Assembly: GCA_038064415.1 (NCBI GenBank)
Contig: JBBTTD010000005.1
Span: forward strand, 2,149-66,148
DNA length: 64,000 nucleotides
Direction: 5' to 3'
DNA from: Patescibacteria group bacterium
GTDB lineage: Bacteria; Patescibacteriota; Minisyncoccia; Phycocordibacterales; PALSA-1337
The position numbers and the translations under genes were made by a program. Below, in pieces: positions 1 through 9,195 of this stretch; position 1 is the stretch's first letter; the number at the start of each line of letters is the position of its first letter. The notes under the pieces are model-generated. The model was given only the letters and a program-made list of their open reading frames with translations, was not told where the DNA came from and did no database searches.

Positions 1-163
1 CTGTTTGAGCGACTAGAAATTACTTAATAAAAGGCGAATGTCGTTGGAATCACCAAAACTTTGCTTTGAGTGATTCCTGAGCCTTTTATTTAGTAATTTC
101 AGAAGCGAGTTCCGCAGGCACATCAAAACACATGTACTTTTTGTTGCTTCTTAGTCCTTATCC

Positions 164-556
164 TCACTTCAACTCCACTTTACCTCCAGCGGCCTCAACT
201 TTCTTTTTGAATTCATCAGCTTCCTCCTTCTTCATACCATCCTTGAGAAGAGCTGGGGCGCTATCAACAAGATCTTTGGCTTCTTTAAGGCCAAGTGCCA
301 AAACTTCTTTGACTACTTTGATAACAGCAATCTTCTGTTCACCAACAGCAATTAAATGAACTGCGAATGTGCTCTTTTCATCACCAGCCGCAACGGTAGC
401 GGCAGGAGTGGCAACCGTAGTCGCTTGAGCAGAAACACCAAATCTCTTTTCTAACAACTTGACCAATTCATTAAGGTCAAGGACTGACATCTTTTCAATT
501 GATTCAACAATTGACTTAAACTTTGCAGGAATTTCTACGGATGTATTTGTTTCCAT
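164..556 (-). CDS. rplL: 50S ribosomal protein L7/L12
   Basis: 130-aa ORF. N-terminal dimerisation segment, Ala-rich hinge, and C-terminal domain ending EAAGGKVELK typical of L7/L12. Confidence 0.93.
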   Translation of the reverse strand: METNTSVEIPAKFKSIVESIEKMSVLDLNELVKLLEKRFGVSAQATTVATPAATVAAGDEKSTFAVHLIAVGEQKIAVIKVVKEVLALGLKEAKDLVDSAPALLKDGMKKEEADEFKKKVEAAGGKVELK

Positions 557-626
557 ATTTTTATTTAATACTAAGTATCTTGGGTTTTTAATTTTGGATT
601 TGTCTAGGATTTAGGATCTCGTGCTT

Positions 627-1118
627 TTAGACTACCTTATTCTTTCCAACTTGATCAAGCGCGATAACTAACCCTTGAATAGGCGAATTTATAACATTGA
701 CGAACATGCCATAAAGAGTCTGAAGTGGTGGAATTGAAGCAATGGCAATCATCTCATCTTTGGTGGTAAATTTGTTTTCAAACACACCGCCAATGATAGC
801 GACCTGATCCTTGTGAGTCTTTTGGAATTCATAAACCCCGCGCGCCGGAGCGACGAGGTCGGCTCCATACGCGAAACCAAATTCGCCAACAAGCTCCACG
901 GCTGTTCCTTCATACTTTTTGTTCTTGAGCGCCAAAGAAGTCAAAGACTTCTTTGCGACAAAAAATCCCACGCCTTCTTTTTTCAAAGCGCGACGCATTT
1001 TGGTGGCCTCTTCCAATTTGAGACCATGAATATTCACGAAAACCAGGGATTTCGCGCCACCCATGATTGTCCCTAATTTCTCAATAATTTCTTTCTTTTG
1101 TGTTTTTGTGCGTGCCAT
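627..1118 (-). CDS. rplJ: 50S ribosomal protein L10
   Basis: 163-aa ORF immediately upstream of rplL. L10-like sequence (MARTKTQKKEII...); conserved rplJ-rplL gene order. Confidence 0.9.
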   Translation of the reverse strand: MARTKTQKKEIIEKLGTIMGGAKSLVFVNIHGLKLEEATKMRRALKKEGVGFFVAKKSLTSLALKNKKYEGTAVELVGEFGFAYGADLVAPARGVYEFQKTHKDQVAIIGGVFENKFTTKDEMIAIASIPPLQTLYGMFVNVINSPIQGLVIALDQVGKNKVV

Positions 1119-1312
1119 TTTTTAAGTACCAAATCTAAAATTTGGAATTTTATTCATTTTTATCGACCACGGCCTGAAGAGAGTATAACCTCGGAAGGTC
1201 TTCTGTCTGAATTAATCAGACCGCCTTCTGTCTTAAGCCTTGCGAACAAATTAGCATAATCGGACAAAAGACGCAACCTACTTGGCTAGTTGGCTAGGGT
1301 AGGCCTTGCCAC
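1119..1312 (-). promoter_or_regulatory. Putative rplJ 5' leader / promoter region (possible L10 autoregulatory leader)
   Basis: 194-bp ORF-free, GC-richer segment upstream of rplJ. By established knowledge rplJ mRNA carries an L10(L12)4-binding leader; no motif verified here. Confidence 0.25.
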
Positions 1313-4036
1313 CTATTCATATTGAGCAATGAATATATCAATTAGTTCAATTATTTGATTCTTTTGGTCAATTGATAATGATCCAGACTTTTGAATAATA
1401 ATTCTTTTCTTTAATCTTTCAGTATTATCAATCACTCTCTTGTAATCTCCATTTTTTACCAGACCCTCCAAACGATCAATCCTTCTGACTATGTCCTTGG
1501 AAAGTTTTGTCGTTCCAATAAGTTGAATAACGGTATTCTTGAGCGATTCCAAAAAAGTTATCGGATCAAGCGTTGATTCAGGATTGGCTACAATGTCCAC
1601 CGAACCATCTCCGTCCACATCTATCGTGAGCGCGGAAGTAGACGAGGCGATTTTCACTGGAATTGCCGTGCCAGAAGAATTACTCGTCACTGTACTTGAA
1701 GCGATCATCAGTGGCGTCGTCGGCAATGAACTATATTCCGCGCTATCCAATACTTCTCCGCCTTTAATCCTCTCCACTTGATAGGTAAACTCTCCAACAC
1801 CCACGCCACGAATGTTCACATTATATTTTTGGCCAGAATCATCGGGTAAAGTGACATAAGTTTCGTATTGATTTTCATCATCATAAATTCTAAAATTACT
1901 TCCAGGAATTTTCGTCTCATACATTGTATAAAGTCCCTCTTCCACATCTAATTCGAGCGAGGTCGGGGTTATGCCAGTATGATTGCCGTACTGGTCATAA
2001 ACATGAAGATCTACGGGAGAGTGTGTGCTCAAAACAAGGAAAGTGTCTTCTTTACTATAATCTGGTTCGCCGATAGTCACATTTGGTATCTTGGAAATTT
2101 CATTTTCAATTGCTTTATAGTCACGGTTTGGCGAATCAACACCGATAATATTTTGAATGGCGCTCTTAGTTGCCTGTGATTCTAAAATATTAGAGTGATT
2201 AATATTCTCGCGTTCCAAGTTGGATTCCGCCTTCAAGTCTATGGCGGTGGTAGTGCCAGAATTGAAAGTCGCGCTCGGAACAACCACCGTCCCGTCGCCA
2301 AATGAAGTCAAGCTGGAATTATATGATTTATTTGAATATATAATACCTTTGGTCGTATCTTTCCCCCATCCAACTATCGCCCATCGAGCAATATTTGTCG
2401 GCCAGACAAATGGATCAAGTATTCCATGAATAATTTCTGCGGCAGTCATCAATATAGAATTTGCCCGCGAACTTATAAATGAATTCTGCGCGACCGATGA
2501 ATCAATCGGGCTTGTGGTGGGACTAGTAGCTCCGCCCGCATAAGTGATTGTCGGGCTAAAAATTTTGGTAAAATATTTGGCTGAAGGCAGAAGCGAATAG
2601 GCACTGGCCATATTCAGACCCAATTCTTTGGCCACACTTTGTTTCAAAATAGCTCCATAACCAATGGATTGACTATCACCGTGTAACAAAGCCAATATCG
2701 CTTGCGGTGTCCCTAAATATGGAACTGCCACGGAAATTACAGAGTCAATCAGATTTTCTTTACCTAAATCTTGCAAGGTTTTAACTAAATATTTTGCAAC
2801 CAAACCACCATTGCTGTGCGCGATCAAAGTAACTTTTTTTGTTTTAGATCGCGAAGCCAGATCTTCAACGGTCTCAATCAGAGAATCAGTGGTCGTCGCT
2901 CGATTCTCACGCCCCGCAACCACCTCAACTATTGACTTACGCCAGTCATAGCCAAAGGACTTCCATTCTGAAATCGTCCCGTTTTCAGAGATACCATCCA
3001 GATAAGTCATAAATGACCTATATATGTCCACAATTCCTAGCGCCTTGTCTATTGGTCCGCCAGTATATATAGACGAATCGGTGCTGGATCCATTTGAGTC
3101 TAAAAACAATTTCCTAACATCGTCGTTTCGGTTTGGCTCCCAAAGCTGATTGATTGAAGATCCCATACCAAGCAGACCAGATTCTGGTCTATACAGACGA
3201 CTAGCCTCAAGACCTGGAATAAATAATATGCTTGAGCAACAAGCAGAGATGTCAGTTGAAAAATCCGGCTCTTTGATTAGCCAAGGATCATAGGAAATTG
3301 GACCAGACAAAATACTGGCGGTTGAGGAACTAACGCTTGAATAAATCGGACCATCTGGACTTCCCCACCAATTATTTTCGGCATTTATTGTATTTGAGCT
3401 GACATTCGCAATCGCGTATCTACCGTTATTTTTTATAATTGAATTTTTTATAAATAATGATGTCGGCGGTTTTCCCAAAGCGTCTTTCAGAATAATGACG
3501 CCATCATTGGCGTTGTTTTTTATTTGACTATCAACAATATCAACATCACTACTCCAGATATACAACCCCGCGCCGGTTGAATTTGAAAATGTTGAAGTGG
3601 CTATCTTGGCGTGTGACCAATACAAAATTAGACCCGGTCCATTAGTCGTCATGTCAGTATAAGCGACATCGGCGCTGCCATTATAAATATGAATCTTATC
3701 TATACCCCCTACTTTCACATGTTCATTAGTAGTACCGTTAATTTTAATAGTGCCATCAGTAACATAAACCGCGGTTGACATATTCAATCGTTCCGGAGCC
3801 AAACTAATCGTCACGCCCGACTCAATCGTTAGGGTATGTGGCCCATTTATAAATACATCTCCACTCAATATGTACGGACTGGCGCTCTTTGTCCAAGTTA
3901 CATCAGTATCAAATGTCCCGCTGATAATAGTCCCAGCTGGGACAGGTGTCTTCGCTTGAGCGATATTAATCATGCTTGTAAATGTCAAAAACCCAACTAC
4001 AAGACCAGAAAAAATAATATAAAATATGTTTTTCAT
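1313..4036 (-). CDS. Secreted multidomain protein: N-terminal right-handed beta-helix domain plus LCAT/PGAP1-like alpha/beta-hydrolase (putative phospholipase/lipase) domain
   Basis: 907-aa ORF with N-terminal signal peptide (MKNIFYIIFSGLVVGFLTFTSMINIAQA). Beta-helix-like repeats (GTFDTDVTWT...ILSGDVFING...IKNSIIKNNGRYAI). FGYDWR motif and nucleophile elbow LIAHSNGG of LCAT-like lipases, around nt 2600-3140. Confidence 0.7.
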   Translation of the reverse strand: MKNIFYIIFSGLVVGFLTFTSMINIAQAKTPVPAGTIISGTFDTDVTWTKSASPYILSGDVFINGPHTLTIESGVTISLAPERLNMSTAVYVTDGTIKINGTTNEHVKVGGIDKIHIYNGSADVAYTDMTTNGPGLILYWSHAKIATSTFSNSTGAGLYIWSSDVDIVDSQIKNNANDGVIILKDALGKPPTSLFIKNSIIKNNGRYAIANVSSNTINAENNWWGSPDGPIYSSVSSSTASILSGPISYDPWLIKEPDFSTDISACCSSILFIPGLEASRLYRPESGLLGMGSSINQLWEPNRNDDVRKLFLDSNGSSTDSSIYTGGPIDKALGIVDIYRSFMTYLDGISENGTISEWKSFGYDWRKSIVEVVAGRENRATTTDSLIETVEDLASRSKTKKVTLIAHSNGGLVAKYLVKTLQDLGKENLIDSVISVAVPYLGTPQAILALLHGDSQSIGYGAILKQSVAKELGLNMASAYSLLPSAKYFTKIFSPTITYAGGATSPTTSPIDSSVAQNSFISSRANSILMTAAEIIHGILDPFVWPTNIARWAIVGWGKDTTKGIIYSNKSYNSSLTSFGDGTVVVPSATFNSGTTTAIDLKAESNLERENINHSNILESQATKSAIQNIIGVDSPNRDYKAIENEISKIPNVTIGEPDYSKEDTFLVLSTHSPVDLHVYDQYGNHTGITPTSLELDVEEGLYTMYETKIPGSNFRIYDDENQYETYVTLPDDSGQKYNVNIRGVGVGEFTYQVERIKGGEVLDSAEYSSLPTTPLMIASSTVTSNSSGTAIPVKIASSTSALTIDVDGDGSVDIVANPESTLDPITFLESLKNTVIQLIGTTKLSKDIVRRIDRLEGLVKNGDYKRVIDNTERLKKRIIIQKSGSLSIDQKNQIIELIDIFIAQYE

Positions 4037-4083
4037 TGCATTAATCAGTTACGAATCTAATAATGCAATTAGCGTATCAGAGT

Positions 4084-4138
4084 GAAATCAAGAAATAATA
4101 AAGATTTGATCAAGATTTGATCAAGATTCTAAAATGTG
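4084..4138. promoter_or_regulatory. Copy 1 of repeated ~55-bp promoter/operator module (GAAATCAAGAAATRATAAAGATTTGATCAAGATTTGATCAAGATT)
   Basis: Near-identical copies at 4688-4742 and 17011-17068. Contains tandem 11-bp TTGATCAAGAT units. Minus-strand reading gives TTGATC-18nt-TATTAT pointing into the 907-aa gene; plus-strand reading gives TTGATC-18nt-TAAAAT. Confidence 0.45.
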
Positions 4139-4308
4139 TCAGAACTTGAGGTAGAGACCAGGTCTCCACCTTATACATTAAACCCAAACTTCCCAACTAA
4201 ATAAAGGAGAGTAAAACTACAAAGGAGAATGACCACAAACCCGATAAAGAACTTGAAAAAGCTTTTATCAAATGGGTTTATCATGGGGATATTATAACAC
4301 AATTTTTC

Positions 4309-4345
4309 CTTGACTTTAAGAATTATTTTGGTATTATATAACTAC
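4309..4345 (+). promoter_or_regulatory. Sigma70-like promoter (TTGACT-16/17nt-TATTAT) of a putative small RNA
   Basis: Consensus-like -35/-10 hexamers seen in the sequence. About 70 nt downstream is a strong plus-strand intrinsic terminator. Confidence 0.4.
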
Positions 4346-4412
4346 AACGAAGGTCTGTGACAAATCCACCTTATGGGGAGAGACTAGAAATAGTCTATCA
4401 GTAACCTTGACC

Positions 4413-4441
4413 ACCCACCTTATGGTGGGTGGTTTTGTCTA
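4413..4441 (+). terminator. Rho-independent terminator (CCACCCACC-TTAT-GGTGGGTGG followed by TTTTGT)
   Basis: Perfect 9-bp stem, 4-nt loop, U-tract on the plus strand only. Confidence 0.65.
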
Positions 4442-4669
4442 CGAATGAATATTTATGTTTTTCTTTATTATTAGATCAAATAATTTCGATATCAATTCTT
4501 GAGGATTGTCATTATATATTCTCACTACAGATTTCTCTATATTGATGATTTCATTTTGCACAATATTTTTATTGTGTATTTGTACATAAACAAGCGCAAA
4601 ACTGGAATGGGCGGAGGTTTTGTGTACACCCGATTCGTCTATATAGACAAAATGTTTTATTTTTTCCAT
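4439..4669 (-). CDS. Small ORF, possible DUF3800-like N-terminal fragment (FVYIDESG motif)
   Basis: 76-aa ORF in an AT-rich region directly downstream, on the minus strand, of module copy 2. YIDESG resembles the DUF3800 N-terminal motif but the ORF is far shorter than that family. Could be non-coding. Confidence 0.3.
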   Translation of the reverse strand: MEKIKHFVYIDESGVHKTSAHSSFALVYVQIHNKNIVQNEIINIEKSVVRIYNDNPQELISKLFDLIIKKNINIHS

Positions 4670-4687
4670 CTCTTTACCCTATCACCT

Positions 4688-4742
4688 CGAAATCAAGAAA
4701 TGATAAAGAAACGATCAAGATTTGATCAAGATTAAAAAATGT
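4688..4742. promoter_or_regulatory. Copy 2 of repeated promoter/operator module
   Basis: About 90% identical to copies at 4084 and 17011. Confidence 0.45.
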
Positions 4743-4796
4743 GGCGTATTCCCCCATGTCCTTAGCGAGGTCTCACATCGCTAATCAACCCAAAAC

Positions 4797-4836
4797 AAAA
4801 ACCGCTCACTTCTTAGTGAAACGGTTTTTGTTTTTA
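4797..4836. terminator. Bidirectional hairpin terminator (AACCGCTCAC...GTGAAACGGTTTTTGTTTTT)
   Basis: Imperfect stem flanked by an A-run and a T-run. Sits 3' of the minus-strand gene 4854-5921 and 3' of a possible plus-strand small RNA starting near 4750. Confidence 0.5.
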
Positions 4837-4853
4837 AATATCTTAATAATTTC

Positions 4854-5921
4854 TTAACTTCCCAACTCATTTAGTTTAGCCCGTGTCTTTGGACCAACCT
4901 GTCCATATCCTTCATCTCCAGGATTAGCGATACCATGCTTGACTTGGAATTTCTGGACTGCCTTTTCGGTAAGGGAACCGAAATATGTTCCTTCATTACC
5001 TGACGACCCAACTCCTTCTGTTGTGACTTGTGTTTCAGGATCTTTATTCAGGATTTTCTGAAGATTCAGAACATTTTCATTAACGCTACCTTTTGACAAG
5101 CGTACAGTAATAACTATGGCCGTTGCCGAAGGGGCACCCGAAACAGGAGCCACGCTTAATGCAGGGACCACTGCAGGTACAACACTACCAATGGCCGAAA
5201 CTTCAGCAATCTTTGCTCGTGTTGCTGGACCGACTCTGCCTACTTGTGATATGCCATATTTTGCTTGAAATCTCTTGACTGCGCGCTCTGTGGCTGGACC
5301 AAAGAACCCATTTGCAATACCCTCGGGATATATTTCACTGAACCGCGCAAGGAACTTCTGAAGTGTCTCTACATCAGCTCCTTCGGTACCACGAGATAGA
5401 TCTTGGGTGAAAATAACAGAAACATTACTTGAGAGTGTGCATATCACTCCTGCTGGACAACCTGAAACACTTGCAGGGATAACTGGGGGGGTAGCTACAT
5501 TGGGTGTACCTCCTCCTCCAGATGATCTACTTCCACTAGTTTGTGCTGATGACACAGTACATATTGTAGTGGAAGGAGTAACATTCACTGTTCTAGTTGA
5601 ACCTGACTTAATTGAAATAGTCAGTGTGTTATTGTCTGATGAACATTCTTGAGAATAATCATTACCTCCTATACCAGTTACTGTCATGATATTTTTTTCA
5701 GCGGATTGTACGACAAGCACTGAATCAACAGGCATTGTAACAACAAAATCACCAGAATTAACCACAAGTGTCTCTACGACAGATGTTGAACCACTCACCG
5801 TTAAGTTGTATGAGCCTACACTTATTGTGGCCCCCGATGTCAAACCCACATCATTGTACGCGGCACCAACAATCACTGGCATTATTATAATAGCTAAAGC
5901 TACATATATATATTTATACAT
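4854..5921 (-). CDS. Secreted protein with two putative peptidoglycan-binding (PG_binding_1-like) domains
   Basis: 355 aa with signal peptide. Two segments matching the PG_binding_1 pattern (LQKFL...GFFGPATERAVKRFQAKYGI...GRVGPATRAKI and LQKILNKD...GTYFGSLTEKAVQKFQVKHGI...GQVGPKTRAKL). Confidence 0.7.
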   Translation of the reverse strand: MYKYIYVALAIIIMPVIVGAAYNDVGLTSGATISVGSYNLTVSGSTSVVETLVVNSGDFVVTMPVDSVLVVQSAEKNIMTVTGIGGNDYSQECSSDNNTLTISIKSGSTRTVNVTPSTTICTVSSAQTSGSRSSGGGGTPNVATPPVIPASVSGCPAGVICTLSSNVSVIFTQDLSRGTEGADVETLQKFLARFSEIYPEGIANGFFGPATERAVKRFQAKYGISQVGRVGPATRAKIAEVSAIGSVVPAVVPALSVAPVSGAPSATAIVITVRLSKGSVNENVLNLQKILNKDPETQVTTEGVGSSGNEGTYFGSLTEKAVQKFQVKHGIANPGDEGYGQVGPKTRAKLNELGS

Positions 5922-5933
5922 AGTAGTAATAGT

Positions 5934-6461
5934 TTATCGAATGCCAAAGAAGTTGAGACTTATTGCGCCCGGAGCTCGAGTGGCAGCAGAGGCATCAGCG
6001 TTGTAGATTCTAAGATTAATGGTTGCATCAGCAGTAGTTGATGCGGCCTCTACATGAAGTCCTGCAGGCATAGAGCTTGTCGCTTGTACAAAGACACGGT
6101 ATGCGTTTGTCAAACCTGTTGCTCCAGTACAGTTGAAATATGCTGATGTGGATGCTGTGATTGCAGCTGAATTAGCAATATTACAATAACCAAAGACCAT
6201 ACTATTGACAGCAGTACCAGATGAACCTACTGTAAGCGTTCCACTCGTCGTAACCGCCGCTAAAGAACTCGCACCACCGACTGTTAGAGTTCCAGCTGTC
6301 GCTTCAATATTTCCAGCTGTTGTTGTAATATTTCCGGCCGTTGAAATAGCTGTACTGATAGTCGTTACAGCAGACGCAACTGACACTACAAAAAACACTG
6401 CTACAATAATTGACAACGAGAAAGTAAGTTTATTTTGCTTTAGACTTGAAAAAGTTTTCAT
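5934..6461 (-). CDS. Small secreted Ala/Thr/Gly-rich protein
   Basis: 175 aa. Signal peptide ending VASA, then low-complexity TAGN-repeat region. Confidence 0.55.
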   Translation of the reverse strand: MKTFSSLKQNKLTFSLSIIVAVFFVVSVASAVTTISTAISTAGNITTTAGNIEATAGTLTVGGASSLAAVTTSGTLTVGSSGTAVNSMVFGYCNIANSAAITASTSAYFNCTGATGLTNAYRVFVQATSSMPAGLHVEAASTTADATINLRIYNADASAATRAPGAISLNFFGIR

Positions 6462-6641
6462 TTTTTATAAATAAGATAGTTAACTATTAATAATAGCTGA
6501 CAAGCTACTTTTAGTTCCTATATTATACACCTAAACAAACATATTACTCTATGTCAATAAACTGTGGACAACTACAAACTGATTAATTTCAGTACTGCAC
6601 AAAGGTAGACCTGTACCAATTATTTCAACACAAAAACCGCC

Positions 6642-6676
6642 CTGAGGTTTTCTCGAGGGGCGGTTTTTGTTGCGTT
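6642..6676. terminator. Bidirectional rho-independent terminator (AACCGCCC...GGGCGGTTTTTGTT)
   Basis: 8-bp GC-rich stem flanked by an A-run and a T-run, immediately 3' of the stop of gene 6734-8644. Confidence 0.6.
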
Positions 6677-6733
6677 CATTTTACGCTAGATAAGTTGAGT
6701 TTTTAACAGAACCTATGAGATTTAATTCCTTTA

Positions 6734-8644
6734 TTAAGGGAATGTAACTCCTGATGTTCTCCAGTCTAGTTCTCCAGCCATGAATGTTACAGCATATGGA
6801 GCATTTTGCTGAATACTCTCAAGTTCAACAGCATATGAACCAGGAGTAAATGCGGCTGTAGCACTGCGACCCATAATACCGAAAGAAACAGGTATATCAA
6901 CTGTTGAACCTTCAGGTAATGTAAATGTGTTGTTAGTTACAGTATAGCCAGAAGGAGCAGAGTAATCAGTCGTAGTCGCATATGAACTCAATGTCAAATC
7001 AGCTACGGCATTTCTGTACACCTTAAATCCTAGTGTAGAAGAAGAAAACATTGTAGCTACGCCTGCTGGTGAACTTGAGGCTAGAGTACCGAGTTGGATA
7101 CTACCACCAACTGCTTTTACTCTGACTGTAAAGTTAGCAGTCAAGGTTGATGTACTAACATTTGTACTCACACCATTTAATTGTGGCGCACCAGCTGTGG
7201 AAATACTCTTAGAAACAAGAGAAACTTCCAATCCACGATTTCTCATACCAATAGAATTACCAGTAGCTGTACCACTTACAGTTACACTATCTCCAATAGA
7301 ATTAACCGCGGTAATATCTGTAGTAGCGGCAATAGCAGCCACTACATTTGCGATAGTACCATTAGCACTAGTAATATCAGCTTTTACAGTAAGAGTCTTG
7401 GTAGTTCCAGCTGGAATTGTGATAATTCCATTACTGTCTGTAATAGTGGCCTTACTAGTAGCGGCTACAGAAGCATTACCTATCTCCGTTGAACCATCAA
7501 AGAGGTAAGCAGTAGTAGAGGTTGCTCCACCTGTTCCTGAACCAGTGAGGGTTACGATAATGGTAGTAAGTGTTACATTATCTTTGTCAGCTTTAACATC
7601 AAATGTCAACACTGGTAATTTGCTTTGCTCATTATCACTAGATCCATCAGCAGCAATAATATCATGCTTTAATGGAGTTGATGAATTTAAAGAAACAGTC
7701 AGTGTGGCTGAATCTGTAAGAGTAGCATCAACATTCTGGGCTCGAGTGATATCCGTGGCGGCAGCAGGAGTATATTGGGCAATACCAGCTCCGTCTACAC
7801 CACGAATTCCATTAGCGGCAAATCTAATCGTGTATGTCTCAGTATCAATGTCAGTACTATCAATTGATGGTCTGACGTCAACTCTAATAGTAAGAACCTT
7901 TGTTGCACCCTTTGCAATTACATAATTCATTCCGCCAATTGTAACGTAGTAGTTACTTGCACTAAGTACAGCCGTGGAAGAATTCAAATCAGAAGAAGCT
8001 AAAACGGCTCCTGTATCATCTGTTACATAAATCTTTGAGTAGATCTTGTTCCAAATAGTAGTAGCTGTTCCCAAATCCAATTTGACTCTTTCTATCCTTA
8101 TATCAGATAGACTTGCTGTAACTTTTGCGGCAAGAACTGGAACATTTGTTTGTCCTTCATAAATAGCAGAGGACAGGCCTGCATTTGTCTGTACCGCTGA
8201 AATTGATCCTTCAACACCAATAGTTGTTATTCCGCCACCTGTTACTGATGTACCTCCACCAATTGGTGTACATGTGTATCCAACTGGACAGTTAACTGCA
8301 ACTGGAATGTTTGGAGTACATACTAATCCTGCTGGGCAGGCAACTGACACACCACCATTCAAAGCAGCTCTCGTTAGAGGACCTACGAAGCCAGTGTTAG
8401 GAATACCATGAGCGGCTTGGTAGAGCTTAACTGCAGCTAGAGTTTGTGAACCGAAATAACCCTTAGCAACACCGCTAACGGTGATAGCTGGAATATTGAA
8501 ACCAGCCGAGATAAGAGCCGTCTGAAGAGCGACGACATTGTCACCTGTTGAACCTACTGAAAGGTTGAAAGTGAAAGTCTGCGCGCCTACGATCGAAGTG
8601 AAAGCCAAAACGGCAACACCCGAAGCGATAAGAAACTTTTTCAT
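6734..8644 (-). CDS. Large secreted/surface protein: N-terminal PG_binding_1-like domain, Cys-rich linker, long Thr/Ser-rich beta-rich region
   Basis: 636 aa with signal peptide. N-terminal VALQTALISAGF...GYFGSQTLAAVKLYQAAHGIPNTGFVGPLTRAAL matches the peptidoglycan-binding domain pattern. CPAGLVCTPN...CPVGYTCTP Cys pairs. Remainder T/S/A/G-rich repeats. Confidence 0.75.
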   Translation of the reverse strand: MKKFLIASGVAVLAFTSIVGAQTFTFNLSVGSTGDNVVALQTALISAGFNIPAITVSGVAKGYFGSQTLAAVKLYQAAHGIPNTGFVGPLTRAALNGGVSVACPAGLVCTPNIPVAVNCPVGYTCTPIGGGTSVTGGGITTIGVEGSISAVQTNAGLSSAIYEGQTNVPVLAAKVTASLSDIRIERVKLDLGTATTIWNKIYSKIYVTDDTGAVLASSDLNSSTAVLSASNYYVTIGGMNYVIAKGATKVLTIRVDVRPSIDSTDIDTETYTIRFAANGIRGVDGAGIAQYTPAAATDITRAQNVDATLTDSATLTVSLNSSTPLKHDIIAADGSSDNEQSKLPVLTFDVKADKDNVTLTTIIVTLTGSGTGGATSTTAYLFDGSTEIGNASVAATSKATITDSNGIITIPAGTTKTLTVKADITSANGTIANVVAAIAATTDITAVNSIGDSVTVSGTATGNSIGMRNRGLEVSLVSKSISTAGAPQLNGVSTNVSTSTLTANFTVRVKAVGGSIQLGTLASSSPAGVATMFSSSTLGFKVYRNAVADLTLSSYATTTDYSAPSGYTVTNNTFTLPEGSTVDIPVSFGIMGRSATAAFTPGSYAVELESIQQNAPYAVTFMAGELDWRTSGVTFP

Positions 8645-9195
8645 TTTGATTTTTATAATTTAACGCACCTTCCCCTATTTAATAATAAAGACGAGGGAAA
8701 TTAATGCGGTTTGTAAACTAATAATACTTTCCACATTTTCCGCATACGCTATCGACACGCAAACGAAAAATTTTGTGGCAATTTAGATATTAAATAATTG
8801 AACAAGAGAACGATTTAACAATCCAACGGTTAAATTAATAAAATTGAACTACTAAACAATTCAACTGATCAATCATCTAACATGATTGAACTTTTGACTA
8901 TCTATTATGTTGTCAAAGTTCGTTACTTGTCCGTTGTCGATTCTTTAAAATCGGTACGCGACTCCCACAACACTATCGAAATGTTCTGGGTACGAATGCA
9001 TAAATAAATTTACACACTCGTTACAAAACATTATACCCTACCAGTAGATAGCATTGCAAAACACTATGTGGATAACGGATCAAACCGTAAAAACTTACGA
9101 AAAATGGCTACATTTATTAACTTATAAGTAATATGGGTATGTTAGCTGTAATACGGCTCAAAGTCAAGGAAACCTTTCATTTTCGTGATTAACTT

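Noticed and set aside
132-359. Plus-strand ORF (75 aa) overlapping rplL, and the many other 60-130-aa ORFs in the track that lie antisense to or out of frame with strong homologue-supported genes (e.g. 813-1076, 1539-1781, 7181-7925, 10609-11355, 28700-29328, 52204-53566)
   Set aside because: Each overlaps a gene with clear conserved motifs on the other strand or frame. They have low-complexity or biased composition and no recognisable motif, so they are almost certainly shadow ORFs.
5934-6461. Type IV pilin / pseudopilin for the small secreted protein
   Set aside because: The N-terminus has an ordinary signal peptide (cleavage after VASA). It lacks the class III prepilin leader (G/FTLIE) required for PilD processing.
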